From NCBI GenBank assembly GCA_039683575.1, contig JBDKRC010000314.1:1-25899 (forward strand): a stretch of 25,899 nt of DNA, given 5' to 3'. Numbering within the stretch: the first letter of the stretch is position 1; every line of letters begins with the position of its first letter. Under the pieces are notes generated by a model. It made no database searches, had not been told where the DNA came from, and saw nothing but the letters and a program-made list of their open reading frames with translations. A program made the position numbers and the translations under genes. Origin of the DNA: Armatimonadia bacterium. GTDB taxonomy: Bacteria; Armatimonadota; Zipacnadia; Zipacnadales; UBA11051. This document shows, one piece after another, positions 1 through 8,449 of this stretch.

Positions 1-1143
1 GGAGTGCTCAAAAAACAGGCGGTAGCCCGCGCAGAGGTACGACGGGGCCTGGGCGCACCCGACCGGGAAGCACCGGTGCTTCTGACAGCCGCCCCGGCAG
101 AGGGTGAGGTATTTACAGACGCTGCAGCCGGGCGCAAGTTCGTCCTTGGCAGCGGCGAAGGCGGCAAAGGCGGGGTCGGTGGCGAGGTCGGCCAGCGGGC
201 GTTGCAGCAGGTTGCCCACGCGGTGACCGGCATCCACGAAGAAGTCACACATGTAGACATCGCCGTTGTGCTCGACCACGAGGTAATCACCACAGCGCTG
301 GCGGAACTCGCAGGAGCGGACCTCCTCCTGCCCCATGAGCCCGGCGAGGATATCGTCGAAAAGGCGCACATGGAGGCGGTCGCGCTCAGGCCACCAGAGG
401 TCGAAGAGCTCGCAGAGGAACTCGCCGTACTGCTCCGGGCGGACCGTGTATTCGGCGAGGCCGTCAGGGGTATCGCCGGGCTCGAGGCAGGGTATGAACT
501 GCAGGAATTCGAGCTTCTGGGCGAGGAGAAAGTCCCAGATCAGGCGGGTTTTGCCGACGCTGAGGGAGGTCACCATGCACAGAGCATTGTGGTCCACGCC
601 CTGCCGCTCGAGAGCCTTCTTGCCCTTGAGTACCTGCGCGTGAGTGGGCTGGCCGCCGAGGTTGACGCGATAGTGGTCATGGATCTCGGCGGGGCCGTCG
701 AGACTGAGGCCCACGAGGAAGCGATAGCGGGCGAAGAGGCGGGCCCACTCATCGTCCAGCAGGACGGCGTTGGTCTGCAGGCTGTTGGCGACGACCTGCC
801 CGCTTTCGCCATGCTTCTTCTGCAGGGCGATGGCCGAGCGGAAGAAGTCTACGCCCATGAGGGTGGGCTCGCCGCCCTGCCAGCAGAAGACGGCAGGGGG
901 AGGGGCGGTGGGCTGGGCCGGATGGCTGCTAACGGCGCAGCCATGCGGCCCCTCCGTAGCGCTGTTCGTCGCCTCCGTGCGGCTGTAGGCCATGTACTGG
1001 CTGACGACTTCGCGCAAGGTGTCCAGGGACATGCGCGGCTGTCGCACCCGTGGGTACAGGCCGGACTTGGGGCGATAGAAGCAGTACCGGCAGCCGAGGT
1101 TGCAGTCGGGGCCGGAGGGTTTGAGAAGCAGAGATGAAATCAT
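1..1143 (-). CDS. Anaerobic sulfatase-maturating enzyme (anSME; radical SAM/SPASM), 3' end runs off window
   Basis: Manual translation from ATG at 1143 gives MISSLLLKPSGPDCNLGCRYCFY (CxxxCxxC), then WQGGEPTLMG, LQTNAVLLDDEW, VGLSLDGP. SPASM motifs follow: CGDYLVVEHNGDVYMCDF, CSVCKYLTLCRGGC, SYLCAGYRLFFEHS. The frame continues to base 1. Confidence 0.95.
   Translation of the reverse strand, partial: MISSLLLKPSGPDCNLGCRYCFYRPKSGLYPRVRQPRMSLDTLREVVSQYMAYSRTEATNSATEGPHGCAVSSHPAQPTAPPPAVFCWQGGEPTLMGVDFFRSAIALQKKHGESGQVVANSLQTNAVLLDDEWARLFARYRFLVGLSLDGPAEIHDHYRVNLGGQPTHAQVLKGKKALERQGVDHNALCMVTSLSVGKTRLIWDFLLAQKLEFLQFIPCLEPGDTPDGLAEYTVRPEQYGEFLCELFDLWWPERDRLHVRLFDDILAGLMGQEEVRSCEFRQRCGDYLVVEHNGDVYMCDFFVDAGHRVGNLLQRPLADLATDPAFAAFAAAKDELAPGCSVCKYLTLCRGGCQKHRCFPVGCAQAPSYLCAGYRLFFEHS
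915..951. repeat. Palindrome inside an in-frame insertion of the anSME gene
   Basis: GGGCCG-g-ATGGCTGC / taacggc / GCAGCCAT-g-CGGCCC: 14 paired positions, one G.G mismatch, 7-nt loop. Confidence 0.8.
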
Positions 1144-1191
1144 GAGCTTGGTTTGACGGGTTGGTGAGTCAGCAGGCAGGACTTCCCACAA

Positions 1192-1208
1192 CATATTTCG
1201 ACAATATG
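1192..1208. promoter_or_regulatory. AT-rich inverted repeat CATATT-N5-AATATG upstream of anSME (candidate operator)
   Basis: Perfect 6-bp AT-rich inverted repeat in a GC-rich background, about 50 nt upstream of the anSME start, inside a longer imperfect hairpin (GGAC...GTCC). Confidence 0.4.
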
Positions 1209-1243
1209 GCGGTGAAGTGGGTCCATCAAAAGGCACGGTTCTG

Positions 1244-2107
1244 TTACTTAAGCAGGCTGCGCAAGTAGTCCAGGCCCTTGCGGTTGGCGTAGCGGGCCTC
1301 GTCGGGGCCTTCGTACTCGAGCGACAGGTAGCCGTTGTAACCGGCCGTGCGGAGGGCCTGGACGGCTGCGGCGATGCCGATGTCGCCGTCGCCGGCGATG
1401 GTGGCCTGGGTCCAGAAGCCGCGGTCGCGCTCGCGCCAGTCTTCGGTTGACTCGGGCGGCGAGGTGCGGATGTGGTGGTCCTTGACGTGGACCATCCCGG
1501 CGAAGGGCACGCACTGGACGATGGCAGCGGGCGTGTTGTCGAGCTCAACGGCGATGAAGTTGCCGGTGTCTACCAGCAGCTTGAAGTTGTCGCGGGCTAC
1601 CTCGTGGTGCAGGCGCAAAACGCGTTTGGCGCCCTGGACGTGGAAACCGTGGTTCTCAATCATCGTGGTGATGCCGTACTGCGTGGCGTAGTCCGCAGTC
1701 TGGCGGCAAGCTTCGACCAGCAGCGGCAGGTCTTTGTCGAATTGGGCATCGGTGGCTTTCTCGACGGGCCGGGAGGCGACATCGTGGCGGACGAATTTGG
1801 TGCCCATGCGTGCCGCGTTGTCGATCTCGCTTTTGACACGCTGCAGTTCTGCTGCGTACTCCGCCTCGGTTTTGTCAATGAAACTGGCCCCGAAGGTGTA
1901 GCAGGAGACGTCAAGACCGACCGCTTTGGCCTTCGCCGCGATCGCCTCGGCAACGTCGGGCGTGACCGCGAAGTCGAGGTTGACCAGGGGCACAATCTCG
2001 ATGTGGTCAGCCCCGTTGTCGGCGAGCCAGTCAAACACTCCCCAGACGTCGAGTGTTCCTTCCTTCATGGCCTTCGACAGGCTGTAGGTACTCGCGCCAA
2101 TCTTCAT
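1244..2107 (-). CDS. Sugar phosphate isomerase/epimerase (xylose isomerase-like TIM barrel, AP_endonuc_2 family)
   Basis: MKIGASTYS start; metal-binding motifs IENHG, LVDTGNF, VHVKD, LSLEYEG; GGAGG RBS upstream. Confidence 0.9.
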   Translation of the reverse strand: MKIGASTYSLSKAMKEGTLDVWGVFDWLADNGADHIEIVPLVNLDFAVTPDVAEAIAAKAKAVGLDVSCYTFGASFIDKTEAEYAAELQRVKSEIDNAARMGTKFVRHDVASRPVEKATDAQFDKDLPLLVEACRQTADYATQYGITTMIENHGFHVQGAKRVLRLHHEVARDNFKLLVDTGNFIAVELDNTPAAIVQCVPFAGMVHVKDHHIRTSPPESTEDWRERDRGFWTQATIAGDGDIGIAAAVQALRTAGYNGYLSLEYEGPDEARYANRKGLDYLRSLLK

Positions 2108-2129
2108 TTGTGTCCTCCGTGTTTCCGCA

Positions 2130-3473
2130 CTAATTGCCAGCGTTGGCTTCCCTGACCATGGTCGTCATGGCCGCCACAAGTTCGTCTTCGACAGAAGGTG
2201 CAAAGGGCGGGCAGCCGACCAGGTACGGGACGATCTGGGCGGCGTAGTTGCCCGGCAGGTCAAAGGACTCGCGCTCCGGAGCATAGCACGAGGCGCCGTT
2301 GGTCAGACTCATCACCAGTACCGGCGTTTCGAACTCGGCCTGCACGCGCACACGATAGCGGCGCATGATCTCAAAGGGTGCGCCGACAAGCGTGATGCCG
2401 CCGAGGCGGAGCGCCTGAACCTCCACGGTCTCATCGAAGGCCTCGCCGAGCGCCTGACGAGCCAGCTCACGCCGCAGGGCCACTGCCCGCACCGCCGCCG
2501 CGCGGGTCTCCCCCGCCTCGTCCGCGGCCCCGGAAGCCTTTGTCACGGCCTCGCACGCGGCCAACTCCTCCTGAAGGCGCTCCAAGGGCAAGGGAGCGCG
2601 TGTGAGGGGGAAGCGCCTGCTGACAGCTCTGACGCCGGTGGTCTGCAGCGGCTTGGCCTGCTCCAGACCGACGCGGATTTGGCGGGCATAGCGCGAGGCG
2701 ATTACGTCGAGGGCCAGCAGGGACTCCTGCTCGCCGTGGTGGACCACGCAGGAGTTGAGGTTACCTTCACAGCCCTGCAGGAAGAGGCCCATGCTGCCGG
2801 GATGCTCGCGCTCCAGCAGGCCGGTGGCTACCGCGGGGAAATCGCCGTGGAGGTAGAGGTTGCTGGCCGAGCCTATGACAGGGTGGCACGAGAAGTATGA
2901 AGCGAAGCCGCGCAGGCCGTGCTCGCCCTCAAGACGCAGGACGTGGGCCTCGGTGTCGGTGATTTCGGGCATTGCGGGTCGCCAGTCGTCGCTTAGGGCC
3001 TCCTCCAGGGACGGGCGGGTGTCATACTCGCGGTTGTAGCCGATGCCCACGCAGGGGACGACGGCGTGGCGCAGCTCGGCGGGGGCGAGGTCGTCCAGTG
3101 CCTGCAGGGCCGCCTCAGCCAGCTTTACCGGCAGGACCTCGAGGTAGGCCAGGTCCGGCTCGCCCTGGCCAATGCCGAACTTAGTCGCCGGGCCGGAGTG
3201 GGTGTGCGTGCAATGGTAGCAGATGTTCTTACCGGGCACCCCAGAGGCGGCGGTTACCCGCTCCCGCGCCTCCTGCACGAGCTCGTGCGACAGGCCGACG
3301 AGGTCGCAACTGACGACTACACAGGTATTGTCGCCGTCGGAGGCTGCCAGAGCGCGGGCGTAGAGGGGCGTGCGCACTGCTTTCGCATGGCGGTGCAGGA
3401 AGGGGCCGAAGCCGTATAGTTCGACGCCGAGACGAGGCGTGATGTCAACTCTGGCGAGACCGTATTCTGTCAT
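2130..3473 (-). CDS. Neutral/alkaline ceramidase N-terminal-domain-like hydrolase
   Basis: GLARVDITP, PLYARAL, VSCDL, CTHTHSGP, YFSCHP, FLQGCEGN, GAPFE motifs typical of bacterial ceramidase-like proteins; GGAG upstream of ATG. Confidence 0.8.
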   Translation of the reverse strand: MTEYGLARVDITPRLGVELYGFGPFLHRHAKAVRTPLYARALAASDGDNTCVVVSCDLVGLSHELVQEARERVTAASGVPGKNICYHCTHTHSGPATKFGIGQGEPDLAYLEVLPVKLAEAALQALDDLAPAELRHAVVPCVGIGYNREYDTRPSLEEALSDDWRPAMPEITDTEAHVLRLEGEHGLRGFASYFSCHPVIGSASNLYLHGDFPAVATGLLEREHPGSMGLFLQGCEGNLNSCVVHHGEQESLLALDVIASRYARQIRVGLEQAKPLQTTGVRAVSRRFPLTRAPLPLERLQEELAACEAVTKASGAADEAGETRAAAVRAVALRRELARQALGEAFDETVEVQALRLGGITLVGAPFEIMRRYRVRVQAEFETPVLVMSLTNGASCYAPERESFDLPGNYAAQIVPYLVGCPPFAPSVEDELVAAMTTMVREANAGN

Positions 3474-3505
3474 CGGGCACTCCGTAACGTTGCTGTCGTA
3501 GCTAC

Positions 3506-3531
3506 TTCACTGGCAGAACAGATGGACCTTC
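3506..3531 (-). promoter_or_regulatory. Candidate bipartite promoter GAAGG-N16-GTGAA
   Basis: Same spacing and near-identical halves as motifs at 16763-16788 and 18291-18316; oriented toward the gene starting at 3473. Confidence 0.3.
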
Positions 3532-3541
3532 CGCCATTTGC

Positions 3542-6031
3542 CTATCGCTCCGTCATCACCATCGTCGCATCAAGGGCGGGGACGGAGAGAGGCTGGGAGA
3601 GGTCCACCGGGCGGCCGGTGAGCAGGTCGCGAGCGGGCCGCTTGCTCTGCACTCTGATGGTCTGGTTCTGCTGCGTGAGGTTCACGGCGAAGACGAGAGC
3701 CTTGTCTTTGAGCAGCCAGACGTACTTGCGGACGAGATTGGGGTCGGCGCCCTGTATGGCGATTGCGGCGTCATCTCGCTTGCCATCCCAGAGGAAGGGG
3801 CCAGCGGCGACGAGGACGGCGTTCCACTTGGCCAGCATGTGCAGGTAACGCCCGTCTACCGAGCCATCGTCGTGGCCGCCCCAGAACGAGAGGCCGCGGG
3901 CGCCCTGGCCGATGATCGCGAGCATCTGGGCGTTGAGAAGCTGCGGGTCGCTCCACGGGGTCGCCGAGCCCAGCGGGTAGATGATTGAGGAGCAGAACAC
4001 GATAGGCTTCTTTGTGACGTTCAGGCTGTCCTGCACGGTCTTGAGGCCTGCCTCGATGGTGTAGAGGCCGCCGTCTTTGATCCACATGTCGCTGTAATCG
4101 TCGGGAAGGGTGTAATGCGGGACCTCGGGCTCGGTGAGGTACTCGGCGGCTTTGGAGAGGTCAATCTGGGCAGATTCGATGGTGCCAGCGTAGTCGTACC
4201 CGGCGATCCAGGCCTGAAGGGAACAACCGGGTTTGGCCCGACGTGCCGCTTCTCCAATGACCTTCACATACCTCGCGCCCTGGTCGCAGCGGAACTCGAT
4301 CCAGCGGCGGTAGTAGCGCCCGTCCTTCTTTACGTCCTCAGGCCACTTTTCGTCGGCAACCTTCGTGTAACGCTCGAAGGCGAGGCGGCAGCGCTCGCAG
4401 TAACACAGGGGCGGGCGGCACTCGTAGTCCAGCATGAAGCCGTCGGCGGAGAACTGCTTCATGCGGGCCGTGACGGTCTCCAGGAACCGGCCGTAGGTGC
4501 CGGTGCCAGTGGCGATGATCTCGGGGCAGATGGTGGTGTAGCTGCTCGGCTCCGTAGCCTTCTCTTCGGCAGTGGGGGTCACGTCCGGCGGGCACTGGGC
4601 GGAGTAGTCCCACCAGGACATCAGGTTGGCGTGAATCCCCAGTTTCCGGGCGGCCTCGAACACGGGAGCGCGGTTGTGGATGTGGAGGCGCTTGAGGCCC
4701 ACCTGCTGGTACTGCTTGAGCATGTTTTCGAGCAACGCGGGCCCCTGCGGGGTCTCGGGAGCCAGCGATCCGCCTTCCCAGAGGGAAAGGCCAAGATGAC
4801 GCGGGTCTGACGGGGGAAGTGAGGGCAGCGGAGGCAGTACGACCGCCTTCAGTTCCGTCCATGGCCCCGGTTGGCCGTCGCGCAAGAGGCGCGCCCTCAG
4901 CAGGCCCGCTTGCTGGCTCTGGGGACGGCAATGGACGAACACCGGCGGCATCATGGGGCTGACGGGCCAACTGAACCATCCGGGCTGGTCGCCGCCCTTC
5001 TTGTTGAGGCCGTGGAAGTCGGCAGGCAGCACGAAGTTGGCGGGAAAGTCCACCACATACCGGGTCAGACCATCCTGCTGGGTCGTCTGGATCTTCGCCG
5101 CCAGCGCGCCGACGGTGAGGTCCTGAGGCGCCAGGTGGCGGCTGGCCTCCACTTCCAGGCTCACGCGCTTGGCCGAGTGGAGGGCGTCACGGTTTTCGTA
5201 GATCAGGCAGACGCGCTGGTAGGCGCCCTGGGCGAGCCAGACCGTGTCCCTGGTGCGGTCACTCAGGACGTTGGGCCAGACGGCAACGTGGAGTTGCTGC
5301 GGGTCCTGCTCGCCTTCAACGCGGGCTGCGGCCATGCTGGCGGCCAGACGCGTCTGGAGGTCCGGGGGGTTGCCCACCACCACATTGTCCACGAAGACCG
5401 CGACGTTCCTGTCGCCACGCGCGTAGTTGTTGTCGAAGTCAGGATTGCCGCCTTCGCGCGGCATGTAGCCTTTCCCGACAATAAGGCGGCAGGGGCCCTG
5501 CCACTGTGGCAGGCGCTTGAGATCAACGGTCTGGGCGAGAGGCGTTCCGGGCTGCTCGAAGGCGAGAGTGACGGTATCCGGCTTGAGCTGCAGCCTGAGG
5601 CGGTACCAGGTGTCGGGGATGGGGCGCAGGCGGTCGGCAAGAGACATGATCTCAGGGCCGGGGGCCCACTCCAGTCTCAGGCCGTAGTGCAGGCTCATCA
5701 TGACACGCAGGTAGCTGCCGGGGCCCCAGTAGAGGATGAGGCTGGGGGACCAGGAGGCGGAGGGGTCGCTGACGTTGTTGAGATCAGCCTGGACCAGGGA
5801 CACATCGGCCGGCAGGTCTGTCTCGAGGTGGTTGAAGATGTTCTCCTTACCGCCCAGCACCAGCACCTGGTGTTTCGGGTCGAGCTCCATAGTGCCCTGT
5901 TTGCTGACGTCCTTTTGCCACCGGGCATCCAACTGGGGCGACGAGAAGTCGTCGAGCCAGTCGGTCGGTTGGGCCCATGCGGGCAGGTTGAGCAAGGCAG
6001 TAGTCAGGATGACGCCGAGCAGGTAGCGCAA
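3542..6031 (-). CDS. Secreted putative glycoside-hydrolase-like TIM-barrel protein with N-terminal lectin-like beta-sandwich (829 aa)
   Basis: Start reassigned to TTG at 6031, which has AACGAAAGGG upstream, gives the signal peptide MRYLLGVILTTALLNLPAWA, and removes the overlap with the next gene. Contains DGFMLDYE and CYCERC; paralog of 6063-8411. Confidence 0.75.
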   Translation of the reverse strand: MRYLLGVILTTALLNLPAWAQPTDWLDDFSSPQLDARWQKDVSKQGTMELDPKHQVLVLGGKENIFNHLETDLPADVSLVQADLNNVSDPSASWSPSLILYWGPGSYLRVMMSLHYGLRLEWAPGPEIMSLADRLRPIPDTWYRLRLQLKPDTVTLAFEQPGTPLAQTVDLKRLPQWQGPCRLIVGKGYMPREGGNPDFDNNYARGDRNVAVFVDNVVVGNPPDLQTRLAASMAAARVEGEQDPQQLHVAVWPNVLSDRTRDTVWLAQGAYQRVCLIYENRDALHSAKRVSLEVEASRHLAPQDLTVGALAAKIQTTQQDGLTRYVVDFPANFVLPADFHGLNKKGGDQPGWFSWPVSPMMPPVFVHCRPQSQQAGLLRARLLRDGQPGPWTELKAVVLPPLPSLPPSDPRHLGLSLWEGGSLAPETPQGPALLENMLKQYQQVGLKRLHIHNRAPVFEAARKLGIHANLMSWWDYSAQCPPDVTPTAEEKATEPSSYTTICPEIIATGTGTYGRFLETVTARMKQFSADGFMLDYECRPPLCYCERCRLAFERYTKVADEKWPEDVKKDGRYYRRWIEFRCDQGARYVKVIGEAARRAKPGCSLQAWIAGYDYAGTIESAQIDLSKAAEYLTEPEVPHYTLPDDYSDMWIKDGGLYTIEAGLKTVQDSLNVTKKPIVFCSSIIYPLGSATPWSDPQLLNAQMLAIIGQGARGLSFWGGHDDGSVDGRYLHMLAKWNAVLVAAGPFLWDGKRDDAAIAIQGADPNLVRKYVWLLKDKALVFAVNLTQQNQTIRVQSKRPARDLLTGRPVDLSQPLSVPALDATMVMTER

Positions 6032-6062
6032 GGGGCTTCGCCCTTTCGTTCGGTATTGCCGT

Positions 6063-8411
6063 TCACGGCAGGTCATAGAGCACGAACACGCCATCGAGAG
6101 CGGGGACGGTGACTGTGGCTCCTGCCGGCGTCCCCGAGGGTAGCACTCTGCCATTCTGCGCTTTCGCCTGGACGGGCACGGTGACGGGCTCCAGGCTGCG
6201 GTTTGTCAGGCAGACAAGCAGCTTGCCCTTCCCGGCGAAGGCGCGGTGGAAGATGGTCGCGGGGGCGGTCAGTTCGACCATCTCGTCGGATCGCTTGCCG
6301 TCCCAGACGATGTCCTCGGTCGCCGAGAACAGGCGGGCGAGTTCGGATAGCAGCGCGTAGTGACGGCCATCGAAGAAGGGGAGCATCCAGAAGTCGAGGC
6401 CTTTGACGCCCTGCGCCAGGTGCGTCTTGGCCTGCCAGCGCAGGTAATCGGGGTTGGTGTAGGAGTCCAGCACCCCGGCGCCGATGTTGAGGCAGGGCGC
6501 CAGTGGCACTTTCCACTCGTTCTCCACGGTGCTCTCCACGCGGTTGAAGGGCCAGTTCAGGCCGTAGGGCTGGCTCCAGGTGTCCTCGCCATGAGGGTAG
6601 ACCCCGTTGGCCATGTTGGCGTAGTCCAGGTACTTCATGAACTCGCGCAGATCGTAACCGTACTCGAACTCCTCCTGCACGCGCCCCCGGTAGGTCTCTG
6701 CATGCGGCCCAGTGGCCTGCTGTTCGTAAAGCGACATTGTGAACCAGGAGAAGAGCTTTGCCTGCGGGTTGCCGGCCTTGACGGCCTGACGTATGGCCTG
6801 GACGTGGCGGCCGCCGTTTTGGACGTGGAAGCGCAGCCAGCGCTCGTGTAGCTTGCCGGAGGGGAGGACGTCATCGGGCCACTTCACGGCGTCTGGAGCG
6901 AGCTTCTCGCGGTCGAGGAAAGCTTTCTGGCAGCGGGCACAGAAGCACTGGTGATGGATGCCCTCGTGGTCGAGGTCGAACCCGTCCCAGCCCTCGTCCT
7001 TCACGCGACTGGTAATGGGCCCGAAGACCTCGTCAACATGGTCGGGCGCATAGGTGGGGCACCACTGGTACTGGCTGCGGCGCTTGTCGCCTGATATGGG
7101 CTTGCCGTCAGCGCCCAGGCGGGCCTTGCCGAGGTCGCTGGTTGTGGTCGGGTAGACCGTGGTGTCGTAGCCCCACATGCTGGCGAGGCTGACCAGCATG
7201 CCGTTGGCGCGGGCTTCGGGGATGTCGCGGGGGTAGGACAGCACCAGCCGCGACACGCCGAGGGCCGCGAGTTGAGCGTCCGTGCTCTTGCGGATGTCAG
7301 CTTCGAGGGGCTTTTCATCGTCGGCAACGGCGGGCTGGACGGTGCTGTAGGCCCAGACGCCGAGGAGGGAGCGCCGGGGCTGCGGCGCGTCAGGCGGCGC
7401 CGGCAGCACGGTGAGAGGGGCGGACATGAGCTTCCCCTCGCCGCCCTGCGACAGCGACTGCCAGTACAGGCGGTAGAGGCCGGGGGCGGCCTGGCAGCGC
7501 AGATAGAGCGACAAAGGATGGCCGCCGAAGGTGTGCCACTGGGTCTCCGGGGCGACTGAGGCGCTCTCGGGGAAGGTGAAGACGTAGCGGGTGAGGGTCT
7601 GGCCGTCCCGCTGCCGGGTGCTGGTGGCGACGCGGAGGCGGTTGCTCCAGCCGTCGGCGTAGGGAAGATATGGCGTGACCAGTTCAACGCCCGCCGGGAG
7701 TTCCAGTACCAAGCCTAGCTTGACCGCGCCTGCAGTATCGTCGTTGCGTTTGTAGAAGCTGACCCTCTGGAAGCAGCCCTGGCACAGGAACAGGCCCTTT
7801 TGCTCTTTGAGGTTAGGCGCAAAGTCCCAGTTGAGCTTGCCTGGATCATTGTCGGCCACGCGCGGCGCGGTGAGGGCCAGAGGAGTTCGCTGACCGGCGA
7901 CGATGATCATGGGATCGCGCAGCAAGACTTCATCGGCGGCGGCTCCGTGGGTGAGGCGGAGTGTGTTCTGGCCGGGCTTGACGAGCTTCGTGAGGTCGAA
8001 GAGGTAGCCGAGACCGCCGAGGTCATCACGTTCGCCGGAGTCCCAGGCGGGCTGGGCGGGGAGCGCGAAGGCTTTGGGGGCGTAGATTTCGGTGCCTTGT
8101 TGCCAGTATTCCCCTGACTTGTTGAGCGCCTCTGTGGGTCCCAGCGGCTGACCGTTGACCGCTATGCGCAGTACGCCGCCGGAGTGACTGACCGCGCGGT
8201 ACTTGAGGATTGCTTGCAGGTACAGGTAGACGGGCTTGGGGTGGTCAGCGGCGAGGGTGAACTGCCCTTCGGTGACGTAGGCCGAAGGGAGGGTGAGGGA
8301 GGCGCCGTGTGGCGAGCCGTTCAGAGCGCGGACGAGTTCCTCTTCAGCTCCAAAGCACGGGACGGCCAGGACGACGCATAGACAGGTGTAGGCGAACCAG
8401 CGACGAGACAT
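6063..8411 (-). CDS. Secreted putative glycoside-hydrolase-like TIM-barrel protein (782 aa), paralog of 3542-6031
   Basis: Signal-peptide-like N-terminus; DGFDLDHE, CFCARC, KWPDDV, WDGKRSD, VPALDG match the neighbour; same AACGAAAGGG upstream. Confidence 0.75.
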   Translation of the reverse strand: MSRRWFAYTCLCVVLAVPCFGAEEELVRALNGSPHGASLTLPSAYVTEGQFTLAADHPKPVYLYLQAILKYRAVSHSGGVLRIAVNGQPLGPTEALNKSGEYWQQGTEIYAPKAFALPAQPAWDSGERDDLGGLGYLFDLTKLVKPGQNTLRLTHGAAADEVLLRDPMIIVAGQRTPLALTAPRVADNDPGKLNWDFAPNLKEQKGLFLCQGCFQRVSFYKRNDDTAGAVKLGLVLELPAGVELVTPYLPYADGWSNRLRVATSTRQRDGQTLTRYVFTFPESASVAPETQWHTFGGHPLSLYLRCQAAPGLYRLYWQSLSQGGEGKLMSAPLTVLPAPPDAPQPRRSLLGVWAYSTVQPAVADDEKPLEADIRKSTDAQLAALGVSRLVLSYPRDIPEARANGMLVSLASMWGYDTTVYPTTTSDLGKARLGADGKPISGDKRRSQYQWCPTYAPDHVDEVFGPITSRVKDEGWDGFDLDHEGIHHQCFCARCQKAFLDREKLAPDAVKWPDDVLPSGKLHERWLRFHVQNGGRHVQAIRQAVKAGNPQAKLFSWFTMSLYEQQATGPHAETYRGRVQEEFEYGYDLREFMKYLDYANMANGVYPHGEDTWSQPYGLNWPFNRVESTVENEWKVPLAPCLNIGAGVLDSYTNPDYLRWQAKTHLAQGVKGLDFWMLPFFDGRHYALLSELARLFSATEDIVWDGKRSDEMVELTAPATIFHRAFAGKGKLLVCLTNRSLEPVTVPVQAKAQNGRVLPSGTPAGATVTVPALDGVFVLYDLP

Positions 8412-8449
8412 ACGTTTGAACCCTTTCGTTATCCATGGGCGACAGTCAG

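Noticed and set aside
4..1137. 377-aa plus-strand ORF
   Set aside because: Antisense shadow of the anSME gene, whose motifs are unambiguous on the minus strand.
6032..6154. N-terminal 41-aa extension of the 870-aa ORF
   Set aside because: Overlaps the upstream gene; the signal peptide and RBS point to TTG 6031.
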